Positions 1-14,144 of a DNA stretch of 64,000 nt are shown in pieces; positions within the stretch are counted from its first letter, which is position 1; every line of letters begins with the position of its first letter. A program made the position numbers and the translations under genes. The DNA is taken from NCBI GenBank assembly GCA_004431415.1, contig QPMI01000084.1, positions 100,951 through 164,950 on the forward strand. Direction: 5' to 3'. The notes beneath the pieces are model-generated. The model saw only the letters and a program-made list of their open reading frames with translations, did not search any database and was not told where the DNA came from. The DNA comes from Cyanophora paradoxa CCMP329. Its lineage: Eukaryota > Plantae > Glaucophyta.

Positions 1-3000
1 AGCAACCGTGGCATCGTACCTATACAATTGATATTAATTCTAATCACTCAGATGCGGGAAAGTTATCGTACAAAGAATAGCACACTTCGATTGCGTTGCA
101 TAATGAGATTCAAGACGGCCGGTCATTTGACGAACTGCAACCATAAGCTCACGTTGTCTGGGTTTCAGCTTATCCTCCATGTCGGGCAGGCTCATCAAAT
201 CGAGATCATGCAAGTCCACTCCGGTGCTCGATGCCGCAGGAGGCGAAATTGAACTAGGGTGGTCATGGTTGACTTCCCCTAGGCCTGAATCTGAGCTTGA
301 AGCAGGTGCAGTTGCAACACGCTCATTAGCCCCAATGTTGACTCGGGTAGTAGAGCTAGATGCAGCATCCGGTGTTTCCACTTCTGCATCAACACCTGCG
401 CATCCTTCCGGTGCACGAGGCCGCAGGTTGGATGTAGATGACGCCGTTCCAGTAGTTGAACGATTATCAGGGTGCAAATTCCTCCCAGCCGCCAACCGTG
501 CATCTATGTCGAATTTCAAAAGTGCTCGTTCGATTCGTGCTGCCATATGACAGTGCGTAAATTGAATGTTGTACTCAATAGTAGCACGGTGTCGGATTAC
601 GGCAGCAGAAATAACCTCCGGAGTAACATCATCCTCGGCCTCGACGCCGAGTAAGTCACGCAGCTCGTTTCGGAAGGGAACGTGCATAAACAGGAGACTG
701 TACAAGCTCTCCGGATCGCTGTCCTTTGGAACTCGGACTCTGATTGTTCGTGGTCGGCGCCGCTGCTGTAAAACGTGCCGTTGAAAGGGTTTACACAAAG
801 AAGTGCGTGGGCACACTCTGCGCAGGGAAGCATCGTTTACCGCAAAATGATGATTAGAATGATGGCAATATCATACCCAGAGCCCGCAGTTTTTGGCCGC
901 AGGGGCGCGGTCCCCTGTGGATGCTGTTTCCGGATCGCCTCATTTGACCAAGCAGGGTTGGGTTCCCAGTCATCCAACTCCGTTCCATCTTCGACACCCT
1001 CGCAATCCACACTCTCAGATGTGAGATCTGCATCGGGGCCGGCACCCTTGGGTGCATCCCCAAGGAAATGAAGGTTGAACCAGTTCATGTATTGCATGAA
1101 CGTTAATGATTCGAAGATGGTCGCCGCTCCTATGGGAATGATTAAGAAGAATGTATGCACATGCGTGGAATAAAATATAAATGCCGAACCGGCAGGGTCC
1201 TTGGTCCGGGCCATATAATAATCGACCTGGTCGTCAGCCCATGCATCTTGATCATTTGGATCTCGCTGCATGCGGAACTCAAGGTCACGTTTTTGACGAA
1301 GGCGTTTCATGCGTTTCGACGGAAGATATGCTCCCACGGAACAAGATGTCCGCGATGAATAAAATAACGGGAGACCTGCCCGAAAACGTAATCAGCAAAA
1401 AATGAATGCATGGATCAGCTGCATGCAGGAAAAAGAATACACACCAAGACAATATAATCCAGCTTCCTGTTTTGACATTGTGCGACACCCCAACATAGCA
1501 TTCCGCATCTGCGATGAATTGACACCGATCAACGTGAAGCATCAGACGTACTCAGATGGGAGAACGCACTTTGAGAAGAATTTGATTTGTTGATGCCTCC
1601 TCTGGCAAATCGTTCAGTACGTTCTCCACAGCCTTCATTTCCTCCGTCTCATCTTTTGTCATGTATCCAAGAATATACGCAGCTATCTTATACGGATTGG
1701 TCACCACTTGAATGTCCATATTAGCTTGCCAAAGTTGGATAATGATATCGTGAAAATTATTCGTGTACCGATCATCCTGAGTGCTGCGTCTGAAAATAAC
1801 CTCCTTGTCGCCGCGACACATGAAACGCTCTTCATGGGAGCTCCGAAGATGTGTTTTAGATGCAAAGACCTGTGGAAATCCGAATCGGCATTTACACCTC
1901 TCCTTGTACTCGGCCATGAATTTGGCGATCCGTGCTGAACGGGCAACGTGCTCTGCGGGAGCGGCTTTCTCCATAGCAGATAATTGGTCCTCCAGGACAG
2001 CGTTACGGGCTGACTCTGGTAGGGGGTCTTGAAGCTCAGCATTTTCATCCACCGTAGCAGATTTTCGATGACGCCGATATTTAAAGGAAGCGGATGGATC
2101 GATTCTACACGTGTGAGAGTGCTTGTGACGATTGAACCGTGCAACATAGTTCTGCAGGCGGGCAGTCGCCCACGGCTGAGCAAAAGGGCCTTCCGTCCGC
2201 GGTTGCTGTAAGGAAAATCAGGACAAAAGGTAGTCGATATACTGACGAAATTAGGGAAATTACTCACTTCCGTCTTCACGACTGTATCTAACCATGCACA
2301 TACTTGTTCGGCATTGAATGCAGGATCCGCGGGATCTAGGTTGGGCGGTGGGGTTGTAACTCCATCGCGTGTGCGTTCACCCAGCCAGATTACCAAATGC
2401 GCGTGAAGCGACCCACGACTCTGAACTTCATACCTTTAATTTATGCATGAATTAGCCGCCGAGCAGCAAGCAGTACTAGTAAAGAAAATACACGCTTACC
2501 GGACAAAGAAATCAACGACCGGCCAACCAAATAACACCTCCCCTGCATCTGATTGAAAGAGCTCAAGCATCGCTCGAACGCGTTCATCAAAATGCTCCGC
2601 CACAATTCCAGGGTTATCGTTCAGCAATTTCACCACATTGTCGCGATTCGCAGTAAATTCAGTGACGTCCGCACTTGACTGAAATTTAATTGGATCAATG
2701 GCTCGAAGTAGGTCGGGCCAATGCAGATCGTCACTTGAAAGCGTCATGTAGATGTGAGGAAATCCAATGGTTGTGAACATACTGTGCAATTTATTCCTCG
2801 CATTTGTCCAATACGCAGCTGTACCTCGCACCTAAACAAATGCAACTGAAGTCAGTTTTTCTACGTGAGCATGGATTTTATCGAATGCGCATGCGGATGC
2901 ACGTTACGTGTCATTGTGCGATAGCACCGTGTGCGAATTGTCAAAGCATCAAGCGAATGATCCTCGACAGTACTGTTGATTAAATTTAATGCATCGGCCA

Positions 3001-4969
3001 CCGTCAAATTGGCATTAATATTTGCGGCAACATCATGGGTTTCCCGATTTTCACTCGAAGTAGCATTGATAATGTGATCCCTTACGAAGTTAAAACCACG
3101 CCATGCATCATCATCCAATATAATAGAAATCGAATTAAGAAGAGCAGCTGGGTCACGCTGGAAGGGCGCTGATGAAGCGGCGAGGCATCTGTGCGAAAAG
3201 AATTCACGAGCAGATAACTGGATCGGCCTCGCCGGATCATGTAAACCATGAGTGCCTGCTCCAGACCAATCACCCCCAAACATATACATGAATGTGTGCA
3301 CGTCGCACCAGTAGGATAAACAGACAGGAAGGAGCACACATCGGTTTCGGGTGAATGTGCCCGCAGTATGCGGCCATTGTTGACAGGCAAAGTACTGAGC
3401 GAAGTTCCTTTCAAATTGATTGCGACAGAAGGGCAGATGGGCCGGTTTATGGGAGCCGAAGATGACCCATCGGACTCTGATTCATCACTCTCGGAGTCAT
3501 CCACGTCACGTGGGTTGATGACATTGTCGGTAGTTCCAGCATTCCATTTATCGATTTCTGCCAGCAGTTCAGGGTCGTTGGGATCCCGCAGTTGTATGTT
3601 CTGATAATATAGGTGCTTTGTTGTATTACGGAGACACTCGAGCACGTCGAAGCACCTATCCAGTCTGACCCGATTGTACCAAGTTTCGCCGCCTTTCGGC
3701 TTCCGTTGATTGACCAGACAGACTTTCCCCCTTGGCGGGAGTGGAAAAATGGATTTAATGTTGTTGATTGGGTCGCACGGTACAAAAATAACACGGCCCT
3801 GAGAACCGAGTTGCCCTCCACCAATCCTCCTACCATTTTGCCCTTTAGGTCCACGTACATGAATCAACTGGGATCACCCAAGTATATAAGTTGCAGCAAG
3901 TAAGTCTAATTAAGGTCTTGCGAAAGGACGCCACCTGATAGTTGTTTACACGTTGACACATTAACATCTCCGGGTATGTTAAATCAGATAAGAGATTCCG
4001 CGTATGCTCATCAACTTCCACGCAGTGTAGTCGGTTCTAATGAAAATGCATGATCAACTGGAATTATATTAAACATGTTCTGTGCATATGGATACGCACC
4101 AGACGCGAGAAAGGGCAGAAAGGTCGATCTTGCGTACATTTGAAAGAGTTGCATCGGGTGCAAAATTCGACGCTTGCTTGCTCGTTGGGTATGCCGTGAA
4201 TACGCATGACTGAACATGAATGGCAGCACACGTCTGTGTTGACACAGGAACAGTCTGATTGATGTTTATTGGATGGTGCGCCTGCGGCAGCCGAAATACA
4301 CTTGCACTGCAAAGTATGCAGTTTATCTGCCCGCCTTGATTCCGTGCAACAAGAGCACAGAAGACGAATGCAGTACAGCTTGAGGAAGTACACCTTGGCG
4401 GCATCCTTTAGCAGCTGATTCGAAATCTCATTCCAAAATTGAACTGGCTCGTAACTGAAATGAAAGTAAGCATGCAATGGGTCGCAAGCCTAGGGGGCAA
4501 GAGAGAAACACTTTGCTAAGATGGTTGCGAAATTCGTGTGACGTTCCAGTAAACGCGTACGTTGGGTTTGATAGCTACGCCTCTTACACTTGGCATGCTC
4601 CGCATTCCAGGTGGGATCAGCGGCATGGCGAGCTGTAGAAGCATTAAGCTACAGCACAGCTCATTAAGCTAGATTAATATGCAAGACATACCCACATCGT
4701 AGTCCCGCACTGTCTGCCTTTCAGGTTCTGATAATCTGCTCCGACGAAGTGCAAAATAATTCCGCCCTACTTTTCACACAATATTAATAAACCTTTAAGA
4801 CTAGAATGAAAATGCAGCAAATCATACAATTACCTGTCGCTCGACGTGCAGTTCCAGTGCGGTGTACTGATCTACGATGTTCCTCCCAGCTGTGTCTGTC
4901 GAGAAGCACAGCTCCGCAATACCCACACGGGAAAATGTTGTCAGGCGTAGTATCGTGGGCACCAGCCAT
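1..4969 (-). CDS. Helitron2/Helentron-like RepHel transposase, multi-exon; helicase part lies beyond the window start
   Basis: C2H2 finger FPCGYCGAVLLDRHSWEEHRRSVH (4784-4969); DUF6570-like segment (3082-3867); Helitron N-terminal motif GTAAYW..LHSM...GFPHIYMTLSSDDLHWP (2496-2831); spliced HUH motif RYEVQSRGSLHAHLVIW across GT-AG intron 2434-2499; CRFGFP and WQANMDIQ..YILGYMTKDE (1552-2052); LYSLLFMHVPFRNE (40-816). Confidence 0.88.
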
Positions 4970-5509
4970 ATGATATCGCCAGTCATGCTCAGTTCGGAAA
5001 GCAGCGGGGCAAGAAGGAGCTGCAGTACACCGGAAAGTGCACTGCGCCTAAATCGCGATCGGATCCGGAACGCATAAGAGTACGAAAAGTGACCACGGAA
5101 ATACTGGTAATACTATGATATTTAATTTACCTCTGCGGTCGCTGCGGTCGCAGTGAAACCACCACCAAGTAGATGATGCGATGGGGTCAAATTGGGCGGC
5201 TGCTGCATATTGAATGGGACGGGGGCATTCCAAGTATAAGGTGGCAACTACTCGCGATCGCACGTAAGTCTTGCAGTTGACTGATTCTGTTATCACAAAT
5301 TAAACTAAACGAATACGTACAACTTGGGGCGAACTTGAAGCCGCAAATCGAGCTTGAAGCGCCGGCTGACATGTTTGCGGGCTATAAAAAAAACGTAGAA
5401 TCGGTGAAGGAGTAGCAGCCATTTGTTTGAGAATATGCTGGTACGGACAAGTTATACGTTGCCTCAGTATAAAGCAACTTGACAACCAACATCGCATATG
5501 AATTCGAAG

Positions 5510-7420
5510 ACATACCTCTTTCAATACAAACGGCAGGCGGCGTCAGCACGCGAATCAATTCGCAGCAATCGCGATCAACCTGTAAATGTGACAGGATACG
5601 ATGAGAACTGAGCCGAACCACGAGCAGCATGCGCAGGCGCAGACCTTTCAAACCGCGGGCACTGTGGCAGAGTGCAGCGGCGAGACGGGGCGTTGACGGC
5701 GGCGTCGGCAGGAAAGGGGGTCGAGTTCGGGCTGCAAGAGTCTTAGCTTACAGATGAGAGAGCTCGTAGCCACATACCTCTTCCAGTACAAACGGCAGGC
5801 GGCGTCAGCACTGCGCGGCACGCGAATCAATTCGCAGCAATCGCGATCAACCTGTAAATGTGACAGGATATGATGAGAACTGAGCCGAACCACGAGCAGC
5901 ATGCGCAGGCGCAGACCCTTCAAACCGCGGGCACTGTGGCAGTGTGCAGCGGCGAGACGGGGCGTTGGCGGCGGCGTCGGCAGGAAAGGGGCCGGGGTCG
6001 AGCTCGGGCTGCAAGAGTCTTAGCTTACAGATGAGAGAGCTCGTAGCCACATACCTCTTCCAGTACAAACGGCAGGCGGCGTCAGCACGCGAATCAATTC
6101 GCAGCAATCGCGATCAACCTGTAAATGTGACAGGATACGATGAGAACTGAGCCGAACCACGAGCAGCATGCGCAGGCGCATGCGCAGACCTTTCAAACCG
6201 CGGGCACTGTACATGTGGCAGAGTGCAGCAGCGAGACGGGGCGTTGGCGGCGGCGTCGGCAGGAAAGGGGGTCGAGCTCGGGCTGCAAGAGTCTTAGCTT
6301 ACAGATGAGAGAGCTCGTAGCCACATACCTCTTCCAGTACAAACGGCAGGCGGCGTCAGCACGCGAATCAATTCGCAGCAATCGCGATCGATATCAACCT
6401 GTAAATGTGACAGTATACGATGAGAACTGAGCCGAACCACGAGCAGCATGCGGATGCGCAGACCCTTCAAACCGCGGGCACTGTGGCAGAGTGCAGCTGC
6501 TGAGCGGCGAGACGGGGCGTTGGCGGCGGCGTCGGCAGGAAAGGGGGTCGAGCTCGGGCTGCAAGAGTCTTAGCTCACTGAGTCACAGATGAGAGAGCTC
6601 GTAGCCACATACCTCTTCCAGTACAAACGGCAGGTGGCGTCAGCACGCGAATCAATTCGCAGCAATCGCGATCAACCTGTAAATGTGACAGGATACGATG
6701 AGAACTGAGCCGAACCACGAGCAGCATGCGCAAGCGCAGACCCTTCAAACCGCGGGCACTGTGGCAGAGTGCAGCAGCGAGACGGGGCGTTGGCGGCGGC
6801 GTCGGCAGGAAAGGGGGTCGAGCTCGGGCTGCAAGAGTCTTAGCTCACTGAGTCACAGATGAGAGAGCTCGTAGCCACATACCTCTTCCAGTACAAACGG
6901 CAGGCGGCGTCAGCACGCGAATCAATTCGCAGCAATCGCGATCAACCTGTAAATGTGACAGGATACGATGAGAACTGAGCCGAACCACGAGCGGCATGCG
7001 CAGGCGCAGACCTTTCAAACCGCGGGCACTGTGGCAGAGTGCAGCGGCGAGACGGGGCGTTGGCGGCGGCGTCGGCAGGAAAGGGGCCGGGGTCGAGCTC
7101 GGGCTGCAAGAGTCTTAGCTTACAGATGAGAGAGCTCGTAGCCACATACCTCTTCCAGTACTAGTACAAACGGCAGGCGGCGTCAGCACGCGAATCAATT
7201 CGCAGCAATCGCGATCGATATCAACCTGTAAATGTGACAGGATACGATGAGAACTGAGCCGAACCACGAGCAGCATGCGCAGGCGCAGACCCTTCAAACC
7301 GCGGGCACTGTGGCAGAGTGCAGCGGCGAGACGGGGCGTTGGCGGCGGCGTCGGCAGGAAAGGGGGTCGAGCTCGGGCTGCAAGAGTCTTAGCTCATGAT
7401 CACAGATGAGAGAGCTCTCG
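5510..7420. repeat. Tandem array, ~270-bp unit, ~7 copies
   Basis: TACCTCTTCCAGTACAAACGGCAGG (or close variant) recurs near 5513, 5774, 6052, 6326, 6610, 6880, 7147. Confidence 0.95.
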
Positions 7421-8185
7421 GGCGGTCGGGCCGACCTCACAGGTGGACACGTTGGAGACGAAGTGCAGGGGCACACGCTGTGATCATCACACGATCATTT
7501 GAAGGCAGATATGACACGAGGAACGCCAGTGGTGCGTTCTGGCGAGCCCTATTCGCCAAGCTCTCAAGTCGTCTGGCAGCTTCGAATTCTAGGTCCATTC
7601 GACATCGCGATCTAAGATCGATGCGCCACTCAGCGACTGGCTACAGCTGAGCTTACGGATGTCGAGCAGCGTAGGGGGCAGTACTAGTGTTTGCACTGCA
7701 ACGTACCTGCAAGGGGGTACAGCGCGACAAGCGCATATAGAATTAAGGCTGGGTGCAACGGTCCCAAATCGCAGCGTTTTCATGGCCCCGGGCGACAGTA
7801 AGATTAAGGCTGCATGCGGACGCGGCCCCGCGAGCGCAACGTCCAGGATCCGCGCCCCCGCGGTCGCGCGCGCCGCCGGTGGCCCGCCCGGGCCGGCCCG
7901 CTAGCTAACGGTCACAGAAAGCTGACAGAAAGCTATATAGGCGATCACATGTACATGATGCAGGGATGGGCAGCTGCAGGCCGGAACGACCTATCCCTGA
8001 GATGGATGGGGTGTCGACATCGATATCGGGATGACATTGGGATGAGCTCGATCGACATCGGGATGAGCTCGATCCTCGATCGCGAGCTCGGAGATCTATA
8101 GATACCGGTAGCTATAGAAGGGATTCCGGATATCGATGAGGCGGGGCGGGATAATGAGGCCTATCTATATATAGGGATCCTAGAA

Positions 8186-8415
8186 TTGTGTGTTTATGAA
8201 AATCGTATGTACCTATAGGGCCGCCGCTGCATTATATATACGTATACGTATAAAGCGGATCCCGGAGGGCGGGCTGCCGGCCTTATATAATTACATCGAT
8301 CCTAGCTATAGTGCTTGTTGTTGTGTGCTAATGAAAATTGTATGTACTTATATATATAGGGCCGCCGCTGCATTATACGTAAATTAAAGCGAAGGGCGGG
8401 CTGCCGGCCTTACAT
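8186..8415. repeat. Diverged ~130-bp direct duplication in AT-rich, palindrome-rich DNA
   Basis: ATGAAAAT.GTATGTAC..TATAGGGCCGCCGCTGCATTATA..AGGGCGGGCTGCCGGCCTTA occurs twice. Confidence 0.8.
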
Positions 8416-8806
8416 GTACGTATATACATAGCTATTGCATATGGCACCATGCATATATATGCACTTGCAGCTGCAGGTATAAATGCATATATACATATAT
8501 ATTCCTACCGCTATATAGCTATCTATACATTTAGCTAGATCTATCTATAGCAACTATATATATTTTATATACAGGGCGCTATAGCTAGCTAACACTATCA
8601 GGGGGGGGGGGGGGGGGGACGGACCAGGCGCGGGGCGGAACGGATCCGGAGGCCGCCGCGCGCTGCTTCCAATCCGCATCCACCACGAAAGCGCCGCGAT
8701 TCGAACCGCATGCGCTCGCCGCTCAGCGGAGGACGGGGAGGCGCCCACCAAGCGCGAGGGACGGTCGCCACTGCTTCCCGGCTGCCTCCACCGCGAAGCC
8801 GCAAGG

Positions 8807-11175
8807 GGGGGGGGAGAAGAGGGGGGGGGAGGGGAGGGAGAGGGGGCGGGGCGCACGGGCTGGAGAGGCGGAGGGCACGAAGGGACGAGGTCGCGGGCCT
8901 GGGCCTGGAGGCGGGGGCGTCAGGGCGGGCCCAGCGTCGTCCCCCAGGGAGGAATCAAGCTGCGGCGAGAGCGTCGGCGAGTACCCCCGCGGCGCTCCCC
9001 CCCCCTCGGCCCGCACCTCCTCGAGGCCCGAGAGACGTCCGGCCCGAGAGGCCCGCGGCGGCCGCTTTCATGAAACCAAGCAACGCGCGTCGCAGCCTGC
9101 GCAGGGCGTCAGCGGGCTGCGGGCAGCGGGGGTACAGGCGCACGGACCAGAGGCCGGAAAACTCGAGAATCTCAAAGGCCGAGAGGTGCTCGATTGCCTA
9201 CGCCTGCAGGCCTCTCCCGTCCAGGGCCTGCAGCCCCTCCGGCCTGCCACGCGTACGGGAACCCGGGTGCCCAGCGTCGGTCCAGGGGCACAGGGGTACG
9301 AAGTTGTAAAAGGTGGGAAGGGGGGGGAGAGGGGGGGCGGGGCGCACGGGCTGGAGAGGCGGAGGGCACGAAGGGGCGAGGTCGCGGGCCTGGGCCTGGA
9401 GGCGGGGGCGTCAGGGCGGGCCCAGCGTCGTCCCCCAGGGAGGAATCAAGCTGCGGCGAGAGCGTCGGCGAGTACCCCCGCGGCGCTCCCCCCCCCCCTC
9501 GGCCCGCACCTCCTCGAGGCCCGAGAGACGTCCGGCCCGAGAGGCCCGCGGCGGCCGCTTTCATGAAACCAAGCAACGCGCGTCGCAGCCTGCGCAGGGC
9601 GTCAGCGGGCTGCGGGCAGCGGGGGGTACAGGCGCACGGACCAGAGGCCGGAAAACTCGAGAATCTCAAAGGCCGAGAGGTGCTCGATTGCCTACGCCTG
9701 CAGGCCTCTCCCGTCCAGGGCCTGCAGCCCCTCCGGCCTGCCACGCGTACGGGAACCCGGGTGCCCAGCGTCGGTCCAGGGGCACAGGGGTACGAAGTTG
9801 TAAAAGGTGGGAAGGGGGGGGAGAGGGGGGCGGGGCGCACGGCTGGAGAGGCGGAGGGCACGAAGGGGCGAGGTCGCGGGCCTGGGCCTGGAGGCGGGGC
9901 GTCAGGGCGGGCCCAGCGTCGTCCCCAGGGAGGAATCAAGCTGCGGCGAGAGCGTCGGCGAGTACCCCGCGGCGCCCCCCCCCCCCCCCTCGGCTCGCAC
10001 CTCCTCGAGGCCCGAGAGACGTCCGGCCCGAGAGGCCCGCGGCGGCCGCTTTCATGAAACCAAGCAACGCGCGTCGCAGCCTGCGCAGGGCGTCAGCGGG
10101 CTGCGGGCAGCGGGGGGTACAGGCGCACGGACCAGAGGCCGGAAAACTCGAGAATCTCAAAGGCCGAGAGGTGCTCGATTGCCTACGCCTGCAGGCCTCT
10201 CCCGTCCAGGGCCTGCAGCCCCTCCGGCCTGCCACGCGTACGGGAACCCGGGTGCCCAGCGTCGGTCCAGGGGCACAGGGGTACGAAGTTGTAAAAGGTG
10301 GGAAGGGGGGGGAGAGGGGGGGCGGGGCGCACGGGCTGGAGAGGCGGAGGGCACGAAGGGGCGAGGTCGCGGGCCTGGGCCTGGAGGCGGGGGCGTCAGG
10401 GCGGGCCCAGCGTCGTCCCCCAGGGAGGAATCAAGCTGCGGCGAGAGCGTCGGCGAGTACCCCCGCGGCGCTCCCCCCGCCCCCCCCTCGGCCCGCACCT
10501 CCTCGAGGCCCGAGAGACGTCCGGCCCGAGAGGCCCGCGGCGGCCGCTTTCATGAAACCAAGCAACGCGCGTCGCAGCCTGCGCAGGGCGTCAGCGGGCT
10601 GCGGGCAGCGGGGGGTACAGGCGCACGGACCAGAGGCCGGAAAACTCGAGAATCTCAAAGGCCGAGAGGTGCTCGATTGCCTACGCCTGCAGGCCTCTCC
10701 CGTCCAGGGCCTGCAGCCCCTCCGGCCTGCCACGCGTACGGGAACCCGGGTGCCCAGCGTCGGTCCAGGGGCACAGGGGTACGAAGTTGTAAAAGGTGGG
10801 AAGGGGGGGGAGAGGGGGGGCGGGGCGCACGGGCTGGAGAGGCGGAGGGCACGAAGGGGCGAGGTCGCGGGCCTGGGCCTGGAGGCGGGGGCGTCAGGGC
10901 GGGCCCAGCGTCGTCCCCCAGGGAGGAATCAAGCTGCGGCGAGAGCGTCGGCGAGTACCCCCGCGGCGCTCCCCCCCCCCCCTCGGCTCGCACCCCCTCG
11001 AGGCCCGAGAGACGTCCGGCCCGAGAGGCCCGCGGCGGCCGCTTTCATGAAACCAAGCAACGCGCGTCGCAGCCTGCGCAGGGCGTCAGCGGGCTGCGGG
11101 CAGCGGGGGGTAAAGGCGCACGGACCAGAGGCCGGAAAGCTCGAGAATCTCGAAGGCCGCGGCGGCCGCTTTCAC
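8807..11175. repeat. GC-rich tandem array, ~495-bp unit, ~4.7 copies, with long G and C tracts
   Basis: GCACGGGCTGGAGAGGCGGAGGGCACGAAGG near 8852, 9343, 9837, 10329, 10827; copies differ mainly in homopolymer length. Confidence 0.95.
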
Positions 11176-11244
11176 GAAAGTGAGCGACCCAACGGGTCTG
11201 GAGAGGGAGCGCCGCAGGGGGGGAAGGGCGGGCAGGCCTAGGCG

Positions 11245-12085
11245 GGCCTCACACAAGCTGACCCGATGCGAGGAACGAGCGCGCGCACACCGCTGCGCAG
11301 GGCGGTCAGCGGGGCGTCGCTTAGAGCGGGAAGGGCGGGAAGGCGGGCATCACACGAGCTGAGCTGATGCGACGAACGAGCACGCGCACACGGCTGCGCA
11401 GGGCGGTCAGCTCGGCGCCGCTTATAGCGGGAAGGGCGGGAAGGCGGTCCTCACAGGAGCTGAGCCGATGCGAGGAACGAGTGCGCGCACACTGCTGCGC
11501 AGGGCGGTCAGCGGGGCGTCGCTTAGAGCGGGAAGGGCGGGAAGGCGGTCCTCACACCAGCTGAGCCGATGCGAGGAACGAGTGCGCGCACACCGCTGCG
11601 CAGGGCGGTCAGCGGGGCGCCGCTTAGATCATATAGAGCGGGAAGGGCGGGAAGGCGGTCCTCACACCAGCTGACCCGATGCGAGGAACGAGCGCGCGCA
11701 CACCGCTGCGCAGGGCGGTCAGCGGGGCGCCGCTTAGATCATATAGAGCGGGAAGGGCGGGAAGGCGGTCCTCACACCAGCTGAGCTGATGCGAGGAACG
11801 AGCACGCGCACACCGCTGCGCAGGGCGGTCAGCGGGGCGCCGCTTAGATCATATAGAGCGGGAAGGGCGGGAAGGCGGTCCTCACACCAGCTGAGCCGAT
11901 GCGAGGAACGAGCGCGCGCACACCGCTGCGCAGGGCGGTCAGCGGGGCGCAGCTTAGATCATATAGAGCGGGAAGGGCGGGAAGGCGGTCCTCACACCAG
12001 CTGAGCCGATGCGAGGAACGAGCGCGCGCACACCGCTGCGCAGGGCGGTCAGCGGGGCGCCGCTTAGAGGGGGAAGGGCGGGAAG
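11245..12085. repeat. Tandem array, 101/110-bp unit, 8 copies
   Basis: GATGCGAGGAACGAG (or variant) near 11265, 11366, 11467, 11568, 11678, 11788, 11898, 12008; a 9-nt insertion converts 101-bp units to 110-bp units. Confidence 0.95.
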
Positions 12086-12232
12086 ACATGAAGCTCACCG
12101 TGCCACAATATTAATACAGCCGCATAAACGCGACTCTCTCCACGGCGACAATGCGCAGCACTTCCTTCGATCGATCTGCGCCGTTCCGAATGATTCTACG
12201 AACAACAGTCCAAACCCACACTTGAGGCCGGG

Positions 12233-13587
12233 CAGGCCCGGCCTCAAGAGGAACTCAAGCACGCATGGCTCCGCCGAGTCCACGGATGCGGGTACACTGC
12301 CACAACGCTACGCCTGCGGCGAAATCGAACGACCGTGGCCCACAGTCGTTCGGCGAGGGGGGTACCATATATGTAGGCGTTCAGCGAGACTTGTCGCCGG
12401 GCCGCCACATGCATATGTGTACAGATCCTTCGTTCAATCTGCGCATGGTTGAACAACTTGTGACATAATAGCATCGATCCTCACTTGAGGACGAGCAGCC
12501 GCGCGACCTGACCCGATCGGGATCCCGGAGCTCGAGTGGGGACGACCTGACCCCAGGCTCACCGGCCCGCGGCCGACCGGCCGACTAGTACTTGGTCGGC
12601 CGGTCGACGGGGGGGGTACGCAGAATGTGCGCCAGTCGGCCGTCGAGCATGCTCGACTGGCACGGGGGAAGGAGATTGAAACAGGCCCGGCCTCAAGAGG
12701 AACTCAAGCACGCATGGCTCCGCCGAGTCCACGGATGCGGGTACACTGCCACAACGCTACGTATACGCCTGCGGCGAAATCGAACGACCGTGGCCCACAG
12801 TCGTTCGGCGAGGGGGGTACCATATATGTAGGTGTTCAGCGAGACTTGTCGCCGGGCCGCCACATGCATATGTGTACAGATCCTTCGTTCAATCTGCGCA
12901 TGCGCATGGTTGAACAACTTGTGACATATATAATAGCATCGATCCTCACTTGAGGACGAGCAGCCGCGCGACCTGACCCGATCGGGAGTCGGGACGACCT
13001 GACCCCAGGCTCACCGGCCCGCGGCCGACCGGCCGACTAGTACTTGGTCGGCCGGTCGACGGGGGGGGTACGCAGAATGTGCGCCAGTCGGCCGTCGAGC
13101 ATGCTCGACTGGCACGGGGGAAGGAGATTGAAACAGGCCCGGCCTCAAGAGGAACTCAAGCACGCATGGCTCCGCCGAGTCCACGGATGCGGGTACACTG
13201 CCACAACGCTACGTATACGCCTGCGGCGAAATCGAACGACCGTGGCCCACAGTCGTTCGGCGAGGGGGGTACCATATATGTAGGTGTTCAGCGAGACTTG
13301 TCGCCGGGCCGCCACATGCATATGTGTACAGATCCTTCGTTCAATCTGCGCATGCGCATGGTTGAACAACTTGTGACATATATAATAGCATCGATCCTCA
13401 CTTGAGGACGAGCAGCCGCGCGACCTGACCCGATCGGGAGTCGGGACGACCTGACCCCAGGCTCACCGGCCCGCGGCCGACCGGCCGACTAGTACTTGGT
13501 CGGCCGGTCGACGGGGGGGGTACGCAGAATGTGCGCCAGTCGGCCGTCGAGCATGCTCGACTGGCACGGGGGAAGGAGATTGAAACG
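12233..13587. repeat. Tandem array, ~452-bp unit, ~3 copies, each with a 12-bp-arm hairpin
   Basis: Identical ORFs at 12592 and 13044; CGACCGGCCGAC-tagtacttg-GTCGGCCGGTCG in each unit. Confidence 0.95.
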
Positions 13588-13875
13588 GGTACCTGTCCAC
13601 GCGCATGCATTATAATGCATTATAATTATATAATTATATTTATTATAACACACGCGCATATTATATATATATAATTATACATGTATATATATAAACTATA
13701 TAACAAGGATATAAATTAACTATACGTACATGCATTTATATAATAAAGAATAAAGATAATATTAAACAATAAGCATATATATATAATTGCATGCATTGCT
13801 TGCATGCGGCGCAGCCGGCTGGCGGCCAGGCCATGGCCAGCTAAGACCGTCTCACGGATCGAGCTTATGTCACAA

Positions 13876-14030
13876 CCATTATAAGTCATGATGGAATCTT
13901 TTAACAACCATTGACCATCATTATGACATCATAGAATCTTTTAACAATCATTAATCGTCATTATGACATCATAGAATCTTTTGACAATCATTAATCGTCA
14001 TTATGACATCATGCGGAGCTTTAACAGGAA
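13876..14030. repeat. AT-rich 40-bp minisatellite, ~4 copies
   Basis: TCATTATGACATCATAGAATCTTTTAACAATCATTAATCG repeated with variants. Confidence 0.9.
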
Positions 14031-14097
14031 TTCATAATATACCTAATACCCAAACCTCGAGAGGAACCTCGATTTACGGATCACTAGTCGGCAGTAG

Positions 14098-14144
14098 AGC
14101 CTCTGGTCTCTTCTTCCCTTCGGTCAGAATTGAGACCAGAGGCT
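14098..14144. other. Hairpin with 13-bp perfect arms; candidate Helitron terminal structure
   Basis: AGCCTCTGGTCTC (14098-14110) and GAGACCAGAGGCT (14132-14144); the hairpin is certain, its role is not. Confidence 0.6.

Noticed and set aside
8554-13610. Long ORFs such as 9313-11241 (642 aa) and 9807-11183
   Set aside because: Products of GC-rich tandem repeats; open in several frames and on both strands, with no domain motifs
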